From assembly GCA_035934795.1 (NCBI GenBank), contig DASYXM010000083.1, positions 15,506 to 79,505 on the forward strand: DNA of 64,000 nt, read 5' to 3'. The notes beneath the pieces were generated by a model. It saw nothing but the letters and a program-made list of their open reading frames with translations. It was not told the DNA's origin and did no database searches. Of the stretch, positions 37,014 through 45,151 are shown in pieces. Each line of letters begins with the position of its first letter. The first letter of the stretch is position 1. The position numbers and the translations under genes are program-made. The stretch is from Bryobacteraceae bacterium. Lineage in GTDB: Bacteria; Acidobacteriota; Terriglobia; Bryobacterales; Bryobacteraceae.

Positions 37014-38147
37014 ATGCGAATATTTCTTGGGCCGGTCTTGATCGGACATTTTTTCGCATTGTACGCGTCAGCGACGGTCTACTACGTCTCGAGCGGCGGG
37101 AGCGATTCCTACTCGGGATCGTCAAATGCACCCTTTCGGACGCTGGCGCGAGGAGTGCAAGCCGCCGGTCCGGGCGACACGGTGACTGTCCGAGACGGAA
37201 CCTACGGTCACGAGAATGCCGTGACCGGCGGTGATGAAAGTCAGAACGAAGCAGCGCCCGTTACTCTGTGGAATTCCGGTACCCCGGCTGCGTGGATCAC
37301 CATCCAGGCCGAGCATAAGTGGAAAGCGACGCTGGATTGCGAAATGTTGTGCGACGCCTATATCGATCTCCGGAACGCATCGTATGTCTTGATCCAGAAT
37401 TTCGTGATCACGCACGGATACAAGGAAGCAATTCATAGCAATGACGCCGCCCACCATATCATGATCGAGGGCAACCGGATCGAATATATCGCCAATCGCG
37501 CTACGAGCGCCGGCGTGGGTCTTGACGGGATGTATACGAACGCCAATTGCCACGATTTCATCGTGGACGCAAACGTGTTCCACGATATTGGCCGGACCAA
37601 TGCGAGCCAGCTTGATCACGGCCTGTACCTGCGCGGCCGGAATTACGTCATCACCAACAATGTGTTCTACAACATAGCTCACGGCTGGTCGATTCAGATG
37701 GCGGACGGCCTGAGCAACGTAACGATTGCCAACAACACCTTCGCCTTCCCGGACGCAGGCAGCCAGGGCGGACAAATCATGATGTGGAACACCCAGTTCA
37801 ATGTTATCGTCCGGAACAATATATTCTTCCAGTCGGTGAACTCCGCCATCGCGCGTTTCGAATCTGTAGTGGATAATTGCGCCATCGACCATAACCTGGT
37901 CTTCGGCGCTTCTACGATGATGCGGGATTCAACCGGCTGCACTTCCGGTTCAAACCAACTTGGCGTGGACCCGCGTCTGGTCAATACCTTGACCGCGCCC
38001 TACGATTTCCATCTGTCACCTTCAAGTCCCGCGATCGCCGCAGGCGCGGCCCTTCCAGACGTGGTTTGGGATTTCGACGGAAACATCCGTCCGATGGGTT
38101 TACCTTACGATGTTGGGGCTTATACCCTCGTGCCCCGCGTTCCGTAG
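37014..38147 (+). CDS. Secreted right-handed beta-helix protein, paralog of the N-terminal domain of the 807-aa protein
   Basis: The block 'TVYYVSSGGSDSYSGSSNAPFRTLARGVQAAGPGDTVTVRDGTY' matches the 807-aa protein. Other shared blocks are 'VFHDIGRT...QLDHGLY' versus 'IFHNIGRT...HFDHGIY', and 'NTFAFPDAGSQGGQIMMWN' versus 'NTFAFPNTGDGEAGQIMFWN'. Confidence 0.8.
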   Translation: MRIFLGPVLIGHFFALYASATVYYVSSGGSDSYSGSSNAPFRTLARGVQAAGPGDTVTVRDGTYGHENAVTGGDESQNEAAPVTLWNSGTPAAWITIQAEHKWKATLDCEMLCDAYIDLRNASYVLIQNFVITHGYKEAIHSNDAAHHIMIEGNRIEYIANRATSAGVGLDGMYTNANCHDFIVDANVFHDIGRTNASQLDHGLYLRGRNYVITNNVFYNIAHGWSIQMADGLSNVTIANNTFAFPDAGSQGGQIMMWNTQFNVIVRNNIFFQSVNSAIARFESVVDNCAIDHNLVFGASTMMRDSTGCTSGSNQLGVDPRLVNTLTAPYDFHLSPSSPAIAAGAALPDVVWDFDGNIRPMGLPYDVGAYTLVPRVP

Positions 38148-38574
38148 CCAAAGAGCAGTACAACACGTAACGGGGGCCGGGTGGAACATCTCTAATACCC
38201 ATGCCGCAACAGGCCTTGCAATACCGCGTGAGGGTCCCAATCACTGGCTTCCTGGTGCCGTTCGACGCCACTTCATCGAGCGTAACGTTTCCGGCCGGGA
38301 CGATTCTGACTGGCCTATACCGCTCTTCGGCGATGCTTTTGGGGATGTCGCTCGTAGTCTGGCAGGGCCGGAAGTATACGGTCTTTAGCCGGGATCTGCA
38401 GCAGCGTTGCCAGCGCGTAGACGCTGCCCAAGCGGCCGTTCAAGCAGGGCGTCAAACAGGTAATCGAGGTAGTGGGACTGGGCTTTGAGTCCAGTGGCGA
38501 GAGCTGGGCGGCGGGAAAACCTCCACACCCTGGACGTGCCGCCGCCCCCCACTCGTTTTGGAGACAAAGCTGGG

Positions 38575-40347
38575 TCACCGCGAAGCCGTAACGTAGAAGG
38601 CGTTGTTGCCGGAACGCAAGTCCTTTCCGTAGACAAACGCAAATCCGATCCCAAGGACACGGAGTTTCGCCTGGACGCCCGTATCGCACAGCCATTTTTC
38701 GAAGTCCGGTACCAGGGAAGCGTCCATTCGGCCCACGTCCAGAAAAGGGCTGAGCTTCGCGCTGAAAAGGCCATTCTCATAGAGATTCTTATCCATCTCC
38801 CAGTTGGAAAGGAAATACTGGCCGCCGAGGGGGGCGCTTCCTTTGCGGCCGTCCCGAGTGCCGATATGCGCTCGCATCCAAAGGTCGTTATCCCGTTCCA
38901 GGCCGAGCATGAAGAATTCATCGAACGGCGCCCGGCCGAAAATCTTACCGGCGCGGATGTGCTCCTGGATCGCATAATCGTCGCCAGTCATCTGCGGAAA
39001 CCAATGAGCCAGCAGCGAACTCTGCAGCCGCTCAAAAGTGTGCGCCTGCATCATCCAGACGGTAGCCGTCTCCGAAGACATCGTCGCGTTGCTTTCGAAA
39101 CGACGCTCGGGCACTCGCCACAGCTCGCGATCTAGCTGTACGGCCTGCTTGAGCTGATAGCCTTTGAGCAATACGTTCTGAGGCAATGCGGGGCCCGACA
39201 CATCGGCATAGTCCCGACGGGAAAGTTCTCCGCTCGCCGACCAGTTCCATCCGCTTTTGGGGAGCGAAGAAACTCCGCCGCCGACCGCGTTACGGAGAAG
39301 CTTGAATCGACCCAGCGTCGGGGCCGGCCCTTGGAAGGAGCTCCGCAGGTCCCAATCTTCGTCCCGCAGATCTACACCAAGCCAATAGCGATGGCTCGGG
39401 TTGTGTGCCAATGGCCCGGACAATGAAGACACCAGGCGGCGCTTTTGCGCATCCCAGCGAACCATGGAAGTCACGTTAATCGCCGAACCCGCAAGGTTGA
39501 AGTACTCCGGATAAATCGTCTGAAAACCAACGCCCCTGAAGGTTGAGAGCAAGGCTTCCATTTTGTTCGTTCCCAGGCCGTTTCGTTCCTGAGCGGCGAA
39601 TGTGGCGTCGAATCTCCCGTCTTCCAGGGCGTCCAGACCAACGGTGGAAGTGGGGAAAACCCCGAGCTGGGTGACGCGCGCGCGCGTTGTCAGCAAATCG
39701 GACAACCAGAGCGTGGCGGCCGGCGCAAAGGTGAACGCCCGGTCCAACAGAACGGGATCTGTATGCAGCCCGGGCTCAACCCGGACGTTCTCAATCTGGG
39801 GCTTGCCTATCCGGTTCCAATATTTCAGCGCCGCCTCGAGATTTCCTTGCAAGAAATAGATCGTCGCCAGGAAATCAATGGCATACGTATCGGATGGATT
39901 CAATCGTAGGGCACGCTGAAGCCATCTCGCGGCTTCGGCATATTGCCTCTGCTTAAAAGCGAGGCCTCCCAGTTCGACCGGGAAACGCTCGTCACCCGGT
40001 TTGAGATTCTGACCGGCAAGTAATACGCTTCGTGCCTCGTCCCACCGCCCAAGTTGCGCTAGCGACACGCCTTGGTAGTAATCGACTTCAGCCTCAGAAA
40101 CCGGGAGCGCTCGCGCTTCAATAACGACCTGCTGCCATTGGTTTTCTTCGAACAGCTGTTTTAGCGCCGCAACGCGATCGACTTCCGTAGAACCCTCTGC
40201 CGCTTTCACCAACGGGACGCGGCTGAACAGGAGCAGCCAGATTATGGCGAGGGCGATTGCGGTTCGGAGTCCGGCACGCGCTCTTGGTCGGGAGCCTCCG
40301 CTTTTCCCGGCACTGCGAGCAGGGTCCAATTGCCGGCGGCTTTCCAT
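38575..40347 (-). CDS. Outer-membrane protein: N-terminal TPR repeats + POTRA-like domain + Omp85/surface-antigen-type beta-barrel
   Basis: The TPR block is 'YYQGVSLAQLGRWDEARSVL...YAEAARWLQRALRLNPSD...GNLEAALKYWNRI'. The POTRA-like block is 'IENVRVEPGLHTDPVLLDRAF...LGVFPTSTVGLDALEDGRFDATF'. The C-terminal ~400 aa is rich in alternating beta-strand patterns. The start is uncertain: I use ATG 40347, and the part of the ORF-track 755-aa reading upstream of it overlaps the C39 gene in another frame. Confidence 0.65.
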   Translation of the reverse strand: MESRRQLDPARSAGKSGGSRPRARAGLRTAIALAIIWLLLFSRVPLVKAAEGSTEVDRVAALKQLFEENQWQQVVIEARALPVSEAEVDYYQGVSLAQLGRWDEARSVLLAGQNLKPGDERFPVELGGLAFKQRQYAEAARWLQRALRLNPSDTYAIDFLATIYFLQGNLEAALKYWNRIGKPQIENVRVEPGLHTDPVLLDRAFTFAPAATLWLSDLLTTRARVTQLGVFPTSTVGLDALEDGRFDATFAAQERNGLGTNKMEALLSTFRGVGFQTIYPEYFNLAGSAINVTSMVRWDAQKRRLVSSLSGPLAHNPSHRYWLGVDLRDEDWDLRSSFQGPAPTLGRFKLLRNAVGGGVSSLPKSGWNWSASGELSRRDYADVSGPALPQNVLLKGYQLKQAVQLDRELWRVPERRFESNATMSSETATVWMMQAHTFERLQSSLLAHWFPQMTGDDYAIQEHIRAGKIFGRAPFDEFFMLGLERDNDLWMRAHIGTRDGRKGSAPLGGQYFLSNWEMDKNLYENGLFSAKLSPFLDVGRMDASLVPDFEKWLCDTGVQAKLRVLGIGFAFVYGKDLRSGNNAFYVTASR

Positions 40348-40835
40348 TGTCTCTCGAAGTCGGAGCGATGTTGCTTGAGCATCGGACGCTCGGCGGGATC
40401 GTGCTTCAATACCAAATCCTGCTGCCAGTCCATGCCAGTGACGACCACATAGTGAGAGTCGTCGTTCCCGGCGCGTAAGGCGACAATCAGGGGTCGACCC
40501 TTTTCCAAATGCTGACGCAGGTCCGTCCAATCGCCGCGGATGGCAAAAGTCCGGTATCCATACCGCTGGAGATACCGCTCCAGTTCGGAAGCGTAAATTC
40601 CGCGCGCTTGCTGCGAATAGAGCGCGCGCTGGATCTCGTCCGCGCTGGGAATCGCCGGCTGGCCCGGTTGCTGCCGATGCCAGTATTGCATCACCATAGC
40701 GATACTCGCCGCTCCGCACCCATTCTTTACCTGCGCTACGAAGGGGACGTTCAACCACATCCCCGCCGGCTCCGTGGCCGGCGCCGGGCCGCCGGCCAAC
40801 GCGAAGGAAATGAGTAGTGTGGCCCAACGATTCAT
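40242..40835 (-). CDS. Periplasmic peptidase C39-like cysteine peptidase (not fused to an ABC transporter)
   Basis: The signal peptide is 'MNRWATLLISFALAGGPAPA'. The catalytic Cys context is 'QVKNGCGAASIAMVMQYW' and the His context is 'DDSHYVVVTGMD'. The start at ATG 40835 lies 8 nt after the upstream stop. Confidence 0.75.
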   Translation of the reverse strand: MNRWATLLISFALAGGPAPATEPAGMWLNVPFVAQVKNGCGAASIAMVMQYWHRQQPGQPAIPSADEIQRALYSQQARGIYASELERYLQRYGYRTFAIRGDWTDLRQHLEKGRPLIVALRAGNDDSHYVVVTGMDWQQDLVLKHDPAERPMLKQHRSDFERQWKAAGNWTLLAVPGKAEAPDQERVPDSEPQSPSP

Positions 40836-40842
40836 GGGCCAT

Positions 40843-41247
40843 TCAGCGGACAGCAACGATGATCAAGATCAACGCTGCAATTCCCAGCAAGAGAAAGAGC
40901 AAATCGCGCTCCGACAAATTGCCCGCCGCGAAGTCGGCTTGGGCCTTCTCGGAACGGGCAGCCAGACGCGCCAGTTCCTGATCGTTCAAAGTCGATACGG
41001 CGGTCTTCACTTGCGCCGAATCGATGCCGGCGCTGACCAGCGCTTTCTCCATTTGAGGCGAGGACAGGAAGCTATTGATCGTTTCCAAATTATGCTGGCG
41101 CGCGGTGGTTGCGGCGACGGCAGCTTTCTTCAAATCCTCAGGGCTCACCACGTGAGTTTGTGCCCGGAGTCCTGCGGGCATCGCCAGCAGGGGTATCAAG
41201 ATGAAAAGTGCCACACAGGCTGACTTCCACACTCTGGACAGCTTCAT
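40843..41247 (-). CDS. Small exported protein with signal peptide, helical middle and C-terminal TM anchor (reminiscent of the 'PA2779 family')
   Basis: 134 aa. The signal peptide is 'MKLSRVWKSACVALFILIPLLAMPAGLRAQ'. The middle is 'NSFLSSPQMEKALVSAGIDSAQVKTAVSTLNDQELARLA'. The C-terminus is 'FAAGNLSERDLLFLLLGIAALILIIVAVR'. An AGGAGGGAG Shine-Dalgarno lies 7 nt upstream of ATG 41247. The ORF-track start at 41574 is not supported. Confidence 0.65.
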   Translation of the reverse strand: MKLSRVWKSACVALFILIPLLAMPAGLRAQTHVVSPEDLKKAAVAATTARQHNLETINSFLSSPQMEKALVSAGIDSAQVKTAVSTLNDQELARLAARSEKAQADFAAGNLSERDLLFLLLGIAALILIIVAVR

Positions 41248-41316
41248 CGCACGCTCCCTCCTTCGGAATATGAGCCAATGCAGCACCCTGCGAACGCGCT
41301 CATTCGATGAGGCTGT

Positions 41317-41332
41317 AGCACGACGATTGCCA
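41317..41332 (-). promoter_or_regulatory. Candidate sigma-54 promoter for the small-protein / C39 / TPR-Omp85 operon
   Basis: The minus strand reads TGGCAATCGTCGTGCT with GG-N10-GC spacing. It is ~60 nt upstream of ATG 41247. Confidence 0.45.
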
Positions 41333-41521
41333 TCTTCAAACCCAGTCCTTTCATAGCGCGGAGACGGGCTAGCGGAACGGGAAATGCACGAAAGCGGGCT
41401 CCCGATTCCGGATTCCGACGAATCCCAGCCCACGCGATATCGGTCGTTGTTACCATCCTCCCCTGGAATTCTTACTACTGGGCGGCTGTGCGGCCCTTTT
41501 TCCCCAAGCACATACGATTGC

Positions 41522-41537
41522 TGGCACGGAGCGTGCA
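41522..41537 (+). promoter_or_regulatory. Candidate sigma-54 promoter for the OmpA-like / BON operon
   Basis: TGGCACGGAGCGTGCA matches TGGCACG-N4-nTGCA. The predicted start site is ~14 nt before ATG 41562, leaving the AAGGGAG Shine-Dalgarno in a short leader. Confidence 0.55.
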
Positions 41538-41561
41538 CTTGACTCAGCCGAAGGGAGAACG

Positions 41562-43154
41562 ATGAAAGCCCCAATTCTTCCGACCACCGTCAGTTTTGTC
41601 TTTCTTTCTGCGCCGACATGGCTTGCTGTGGCCCAGCAGCCGCTTCCGCACGAGCCCAACGCGCCCATTTACCGGGTGACGGTGGTGGAACGGACGGTCA
41701 AGGCAATCAACTACCAGTACCTTTCCGGGCCCACCAAGATCGATCTTCGCGGCACCGTGCTGCTTCCTTACGCCAAAGGAGAAGCGACCGTGGAGTCTAG
41801 GCCGGGGCGTACCGAGATCGAAGCGACCTTCGATGGCTTGAGCGGGCCGCAGCGTTTCGGCGGTGAATACCTCACCTATGTTCTGTGGGCCATCACACCC
41901 GAAGGCCGGCCACATAACATCGGAGAACTGATTGCCGGTTCATCCGACAAGGCGAAGGTCCGTGTGACAACCGACCTGCAAGCCTTCGCCCTGATCGTCA
42001 CCGCGGAGCCGTATTCGGCCGTGCGTCAACCCAGCGACTTGGTGGTGCTGGAGAATCAAGTGCGCCAGGATACCGCGGGGACCATTAAACCGGTCGAGGC
42101 CCGTTACGAGCTGCTGCCGCGCGGCGAATATACATGGGCGCCGGGTAATTACGACCCCAAAGCGGCCAATTCACCGAAGGTTTCTATGCATGAGTACCAG
42201 GCCCTGACGGAGATTTATCAGGCGCAGAACGCCGTGAACATCGCCAGCAGTGCGCAGGCGGAGCGTTACGCGCCCGACACATTAGCCCGCGCCCAGCAGC
42301 TCCTTGCGGAAGCCCAGCAGGTGCACGATCGTAAGGGCGATTTCCGCCGGGTGGTCGAGAGCGCCCGCGAGGCGGCCCAGACCGCCGAGGATGCCCGCGT
42401 AATCGCCCAGGAACGCCAACGGGCGGAGCAAATAGCAACCGCCGGCCTGGAGTTGTCCAGAACGCGGGCCCAAGTCTCGCAGGCCCAGCAGGAAAAGGAT
42501 CAGGCCTTACAGGAAACACAGAGGGCCCAGGCCCAAGCGGACGCCGCACGGGCACAAGCCGATGCCGCGCTCGCTGCGCGTAACCGCGCCGAATCCGAAG
42601 CCGCGGCGGCCCGCGAACGCGCGTTGGCCCCCCCACCCCCGATCGGCGCAAACAACCCGAAGGCGGGTGGGGATCAACAGGCGGAAACAGTCCGGAAACG
42701 GGACCTGCGAATGCGCCTCTTCCGGGATTTGAACGGAGTGCTACCCACCTTGGACACGGGCCGTGGCCTGGTCGCCACGGTGCCAGACGATGGATTCCGT
42801 GGGGGCGACGTTGGTGACGCATACTCCTACCAGGTCAAACGCATTGCCGGTATCCTAGCCGCGCACTCCGGTCTGCGCGTCTCCGTGGAAGGGTATTCCG
42901 ACGTTCCGGCAAAGGAGGCCTTGTCGCACGAGCGCGCGGTCTCTGTGCGTCTCGTGCTAATCGGCAATGGCGTGGCTCCGGTTTCCGCGGCAGGCTACGG
43001 TGACAGGCGTCCGCTGGGCTCTAACGCCACGCCGCAAGGGCGGAAGGAAAACTCGCGCGTCGAAATTGTGATTACGGGTGAGTCGATCGGCGAGTTGCCG
43101 CTATGGGAACGGCCCTATGCACTTAGCGGCTCCGCTCAGAACCCGTATAGGTGA
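41562..43154 (+). CDS. OmpA-family protein with unknown N-terminal domain, DUF4398-like helical region and Ala/Gln-rich coiled coil
   Basis: A signal peptide is present. The coiled coil reads 'AQQEKDQALQETQRAQAQADAARAQADAALAARNRAESEAAAARERA'. The C-terminal OmpA_C block is 'VSVEGYSDVP...SHERAVSVRLVLI...GYGDRRPLGSNATPQGRKENSRVEIVI'. Confidence 0.85.
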   Translation: MKAPILPTTVSFVFLSAPTWLAVAQQPLPHEPNAPIYRVTVVERTVKAINYQYLSGPTKIDLRGTVLLPYAKGEATVESRPGRTEIEATFDGLSGPQRFGGEYLTYVLWAITPEGRPHNIGELIAGSSDKAKVRVTTDLQAFALIVTAEPYSAVRQPSDLVVLENQVRQDTAGTIKPVEARYELLPRGEYTWAPGNYDPKAANSPKVSMHEYQALTEIYQAQNAVNIASSAQAERYAPDTLARAQQLLAEAQQVHDRKGDFRRVVESAREAAQTAEDARVIAQERQRAEQIATAGLELSRTRAQVSQAQQEKDQALQETQRAQAQADAARAQADAALAARNRAESEAAAARERALAPPPPIGANNPKAGGDQQAETVRKRDLRMRLFRDLNGVLPTLDTGRGLVATVPDDGFRGGDVGDAYSYQVKRIAGILAAHSGLRVSVEGYSDVPAKEALSHERAVSVRLVLIGNGVAPVSAAGYGDRRPLGSNATPQGRKENSRVEIVITGESIGELPLWERPYALSGSAQNPYR

Positions 43155-43378
43155 TCGGCATGACTCGAGAACGAATCGCAGGGTTTCTGTTTGGCATAGG
43201 CGTGGGAACAGTGATTGGCTTCTTCCTCACGCCGCCTGACAAGACTCATAGTGCTATCTGGCCACCGGACTCTTCGACAAAGGGCAAAACACGGGTACCC
43301 CCGAACATCCCAGCACCGGCTGGTGACGGGCGATCCACGGATCTTTCTGAAAGGGAAACGACGTCAGCGGGTGCGTGA
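43151..43378 (+). CDS. Small membrane protein (YtxH-like N-terminus), tentative
   Basis: The block 'RIAGFLFGIGVGTVIGFFLTPP' is followed by a low-complexity tail. A GTGA overlap joins it to the OmpA-like stop. An alternative start is ATG 43160. Confidence 0.35.
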   Translation: MIGMTRERIAGFLFGIGVGTVIGFFLTPPDKTHSAIWPPDSSTKGKTRVPPNIPAPAGDGRSTDLSERETTSAGA

Positions 43379-43428
43379 GCGGAACGCCACCGAATCTTAA
43401 ACGGGAGACGATCGGAAGGAGTACCAAG

Positions 43429-44034
43429 ATGCGAATCACAATGACTTTGCTAATGGCTGGATTACTGGGAAGCCTTGGTTGCTCAAATCAGGGCACGCCG
43501 ACAACGCCTGCAGTTGGTGCGACGAGCGCGGACCTGAAACAAGTGGTACAGACCAAACTGGCGTCGGATCCACAGCTGGCGCGGATTGATGTAGCCGTCG
43601 ATGGAGATCACAATCAGGTTACGTTGTCGGGTTCGGCTCCATCGGAGCAAGCGCGTAGCGAGGCTGTTGAAATGGCCAAGGCTGCGCAGGCGAACGTGAC
43701 GGTTGTCGATAGCATCGACGTCCAGACAGAGGGGGTCGCTCGAAGCGAATTTACCGAAGATCTGGCTCGGGAAGCGCGGCAGAAGGCCAAAGCAGTGGGC
43801 GATAGGATCGGGCAATCGCTCGACGAAGCGTGGATCTATACCAAAATCGAGGCCAAGCTCGCGAGTAACCCGGCCACGCCTGCCCTGAAGATTCACGTCG
43901 ACGTATTCAAGAGCGTGGTAACGTTGCGCGGCGAGGTCCCCTCCATTTCCGCGAAACAGGAAGCCGAGCGGATCGCGAAGGAAACCGATGGGGTCAAGCT
44001 GGTACACAATGATCTGGAAGTCACCGGAGCGTGA
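43429..44034 (+). CDS. BON-domain lipoprotein (OsmY-like, two BON domains)
   Basis: The lipobox is 'LLGSLGC'. The BON blocks are 'DLKQVVQTKLASDPQLARIDVAVDGDHNQVTLSGSAPSEQ' and 'AWIYTKIEAKLASNPATPALKIHVDVFKSVVTLRGEVPS'. A GGAAGGAG Shine-Dalgarno precedes ATG 43429. The ORF-track start is 43375. Confidence 0.85.
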   Translation: MRITMTLLMAGLLGSLGCSNQGTPTTPAVGATSADLKQVVQTKLASDPQLARIDVAVDGDHNQVTLSGSAPSEQARSEAVEMAKAAQANVTVVDSIDVQTEGVARSEFTEDLAREARQKAKAVGDRIGQSLDEAWIYTKIEAKLASNPATPALKIHVDVFKSVVTLRGEVPSISAKQEAERIAKETDGVKLVHNDLEVTGA

Positions 44035-44094
44035 GTCGAGCAACCTCATTCCGCGGCGCAGGGTTTCGGGGCCGCCGGGGGCCGGGGGCGTGGT

Positions 44095-44859
44095 ATGCTC
44101 CGGACGTTAGATCGACCGCGTCTGGAAGCCCACGCGGCACATGTAGACGGCCTGATCATCCGGCTGCAGAAAGCCAATGATCCCCAGCGCGACTTGCTGC
44201 TCGAACACCTGACAACCGCGCGCGCCTACCTCGCGGGCTCCATGCCGCAGGAGTACGAGACCAACCTGTGCCTGGCCGGCGAGGCTGCCAAAACCCTCTC
44301 CGACAAGGCGCTCCGGAGCGAGGTCAACCATGCGATTTCTGAATTGCTCGCGTCGATGGTTCACTCCGCCGTGGCGCCGGGCGTGTTGCGGCATCACGCG
44401 CACGAAAGTCATCGCCCGCCCACCTCCGGCGAGCCGGACCTTTCCACTTTTTTCCAGGGTTCCGATCACCAGTTCGGAATCTTTTACCCCAAGAAGCACG
44501 TGGTCGCGGTATTTCGCTCCTTCGAGGCGGCGGTGGCCGCCCGTCAAAGATTATCGGACGCCGGCTTCGCAGACCATGAAGTGCTGGCGGTTTCCGGGGA
44601 GGAAGTATCACGATTCCTGAGCCATTTGCGAGCCGACGCCGGACTGTGGGGCGAGCTGATGACCGCGGTGTCCCGGTTTCTGGATACCGAGGCGAGTCTC
44701 GTGGACCGCTACGCAGGTTGGGCTCAACATGGGGCTGGATTCTTGCTCGTCTATAGCCCCACGGAAACCGAGGCTTTGGGAACCACCGAGTTGCTCCAGC
44801 AGTTGGAACCACTGGCCGCGCAATGGTACGCGGCCGGTTACATTTGCCACTTGGTCTAG
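44095..44859 (+). CDS. Hypothetical protein
   Basis: 254-aa ORF with normal codon bias. It is the last gene of the OmpA/BON operon by spacing. I recognise no motif. Confidence 0.5.
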   Translation: MLRTLDRPRLEAHAAHVDGLIIRLQKANDPQRDLLLEHLTTARAYLAGSMPQEYETNLCLAGEAAKTLSDKALRSEVNHAISELLASMVHSAVAPGVLRHHAHESHRPPTSGEPDLSTFFQGSDHQFGIFYPKKHVVAVFRSFEAAVAARQRLSDAGFADHEVLAVSGEEVSRFLSHLRADAGLWGELMTAVSRFLDTEASLVDRYAGWAQHGAGFLLVYSPTETEALGTTELLQQLEPLAAQWYAAGYICHLV

Positions 44860-45151
44860 CCCATTTTTCTGGATGAACGCGAGGTGGCGATTTTTGGCAG
44901 TGGTTCGGTTTGACGCAGGAGCGAGTCGAGAAGTTCATGGCGTGATGCACACGTGGGAGAAGGTTCCCGGCTGGGTGAATCGCAAGCGGTTGTTTTCGCG
45001 GCAGAAATATTTTTTCCATCGAGGTCATTCGTGGTCTGCCAGGTTTTGCGCGCGCGCGCCGCCAAGTGCCCACAATCAATGAGATCGAGGTTTGAAAAAT
45101 CACAACACGTTTGCGGGCGCATAGCGCGACTTGTGGGGCCCTCCCTACCCC

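Noticed and set aside
38201-38488. 95-aa plus-strand ORF in the 427-nt convergent gap after the beta-helix gene.
   Set aside because: Third-position GC is mildly coding-like, but there is no Shine-Dalgarno, no recognisable motif and a low-complexity C-terminus. It is left unresolved rather than called. Ribosome profiling or conservation could rescue it.
40348-40842. N-terminal 165 codons of the 755-aa ORF-track reading (38575-40842).
   Set aside because: This part overlaps the well-supported C39-like peptidase gene in another frame and translates to Arg/Gly-rich sequence. The real gene most likely starts near 40347, just before its signal-anchor segment.
41248-41574. 109-codon upstream extension of the small exported protein ORF.
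   Set aside because: It has no coding-like composition. A strong AGGAGGGAG Shine-Dalgarno sits just upstream of ATG 41247, and the region holds the predicted sigma-54 promoter.
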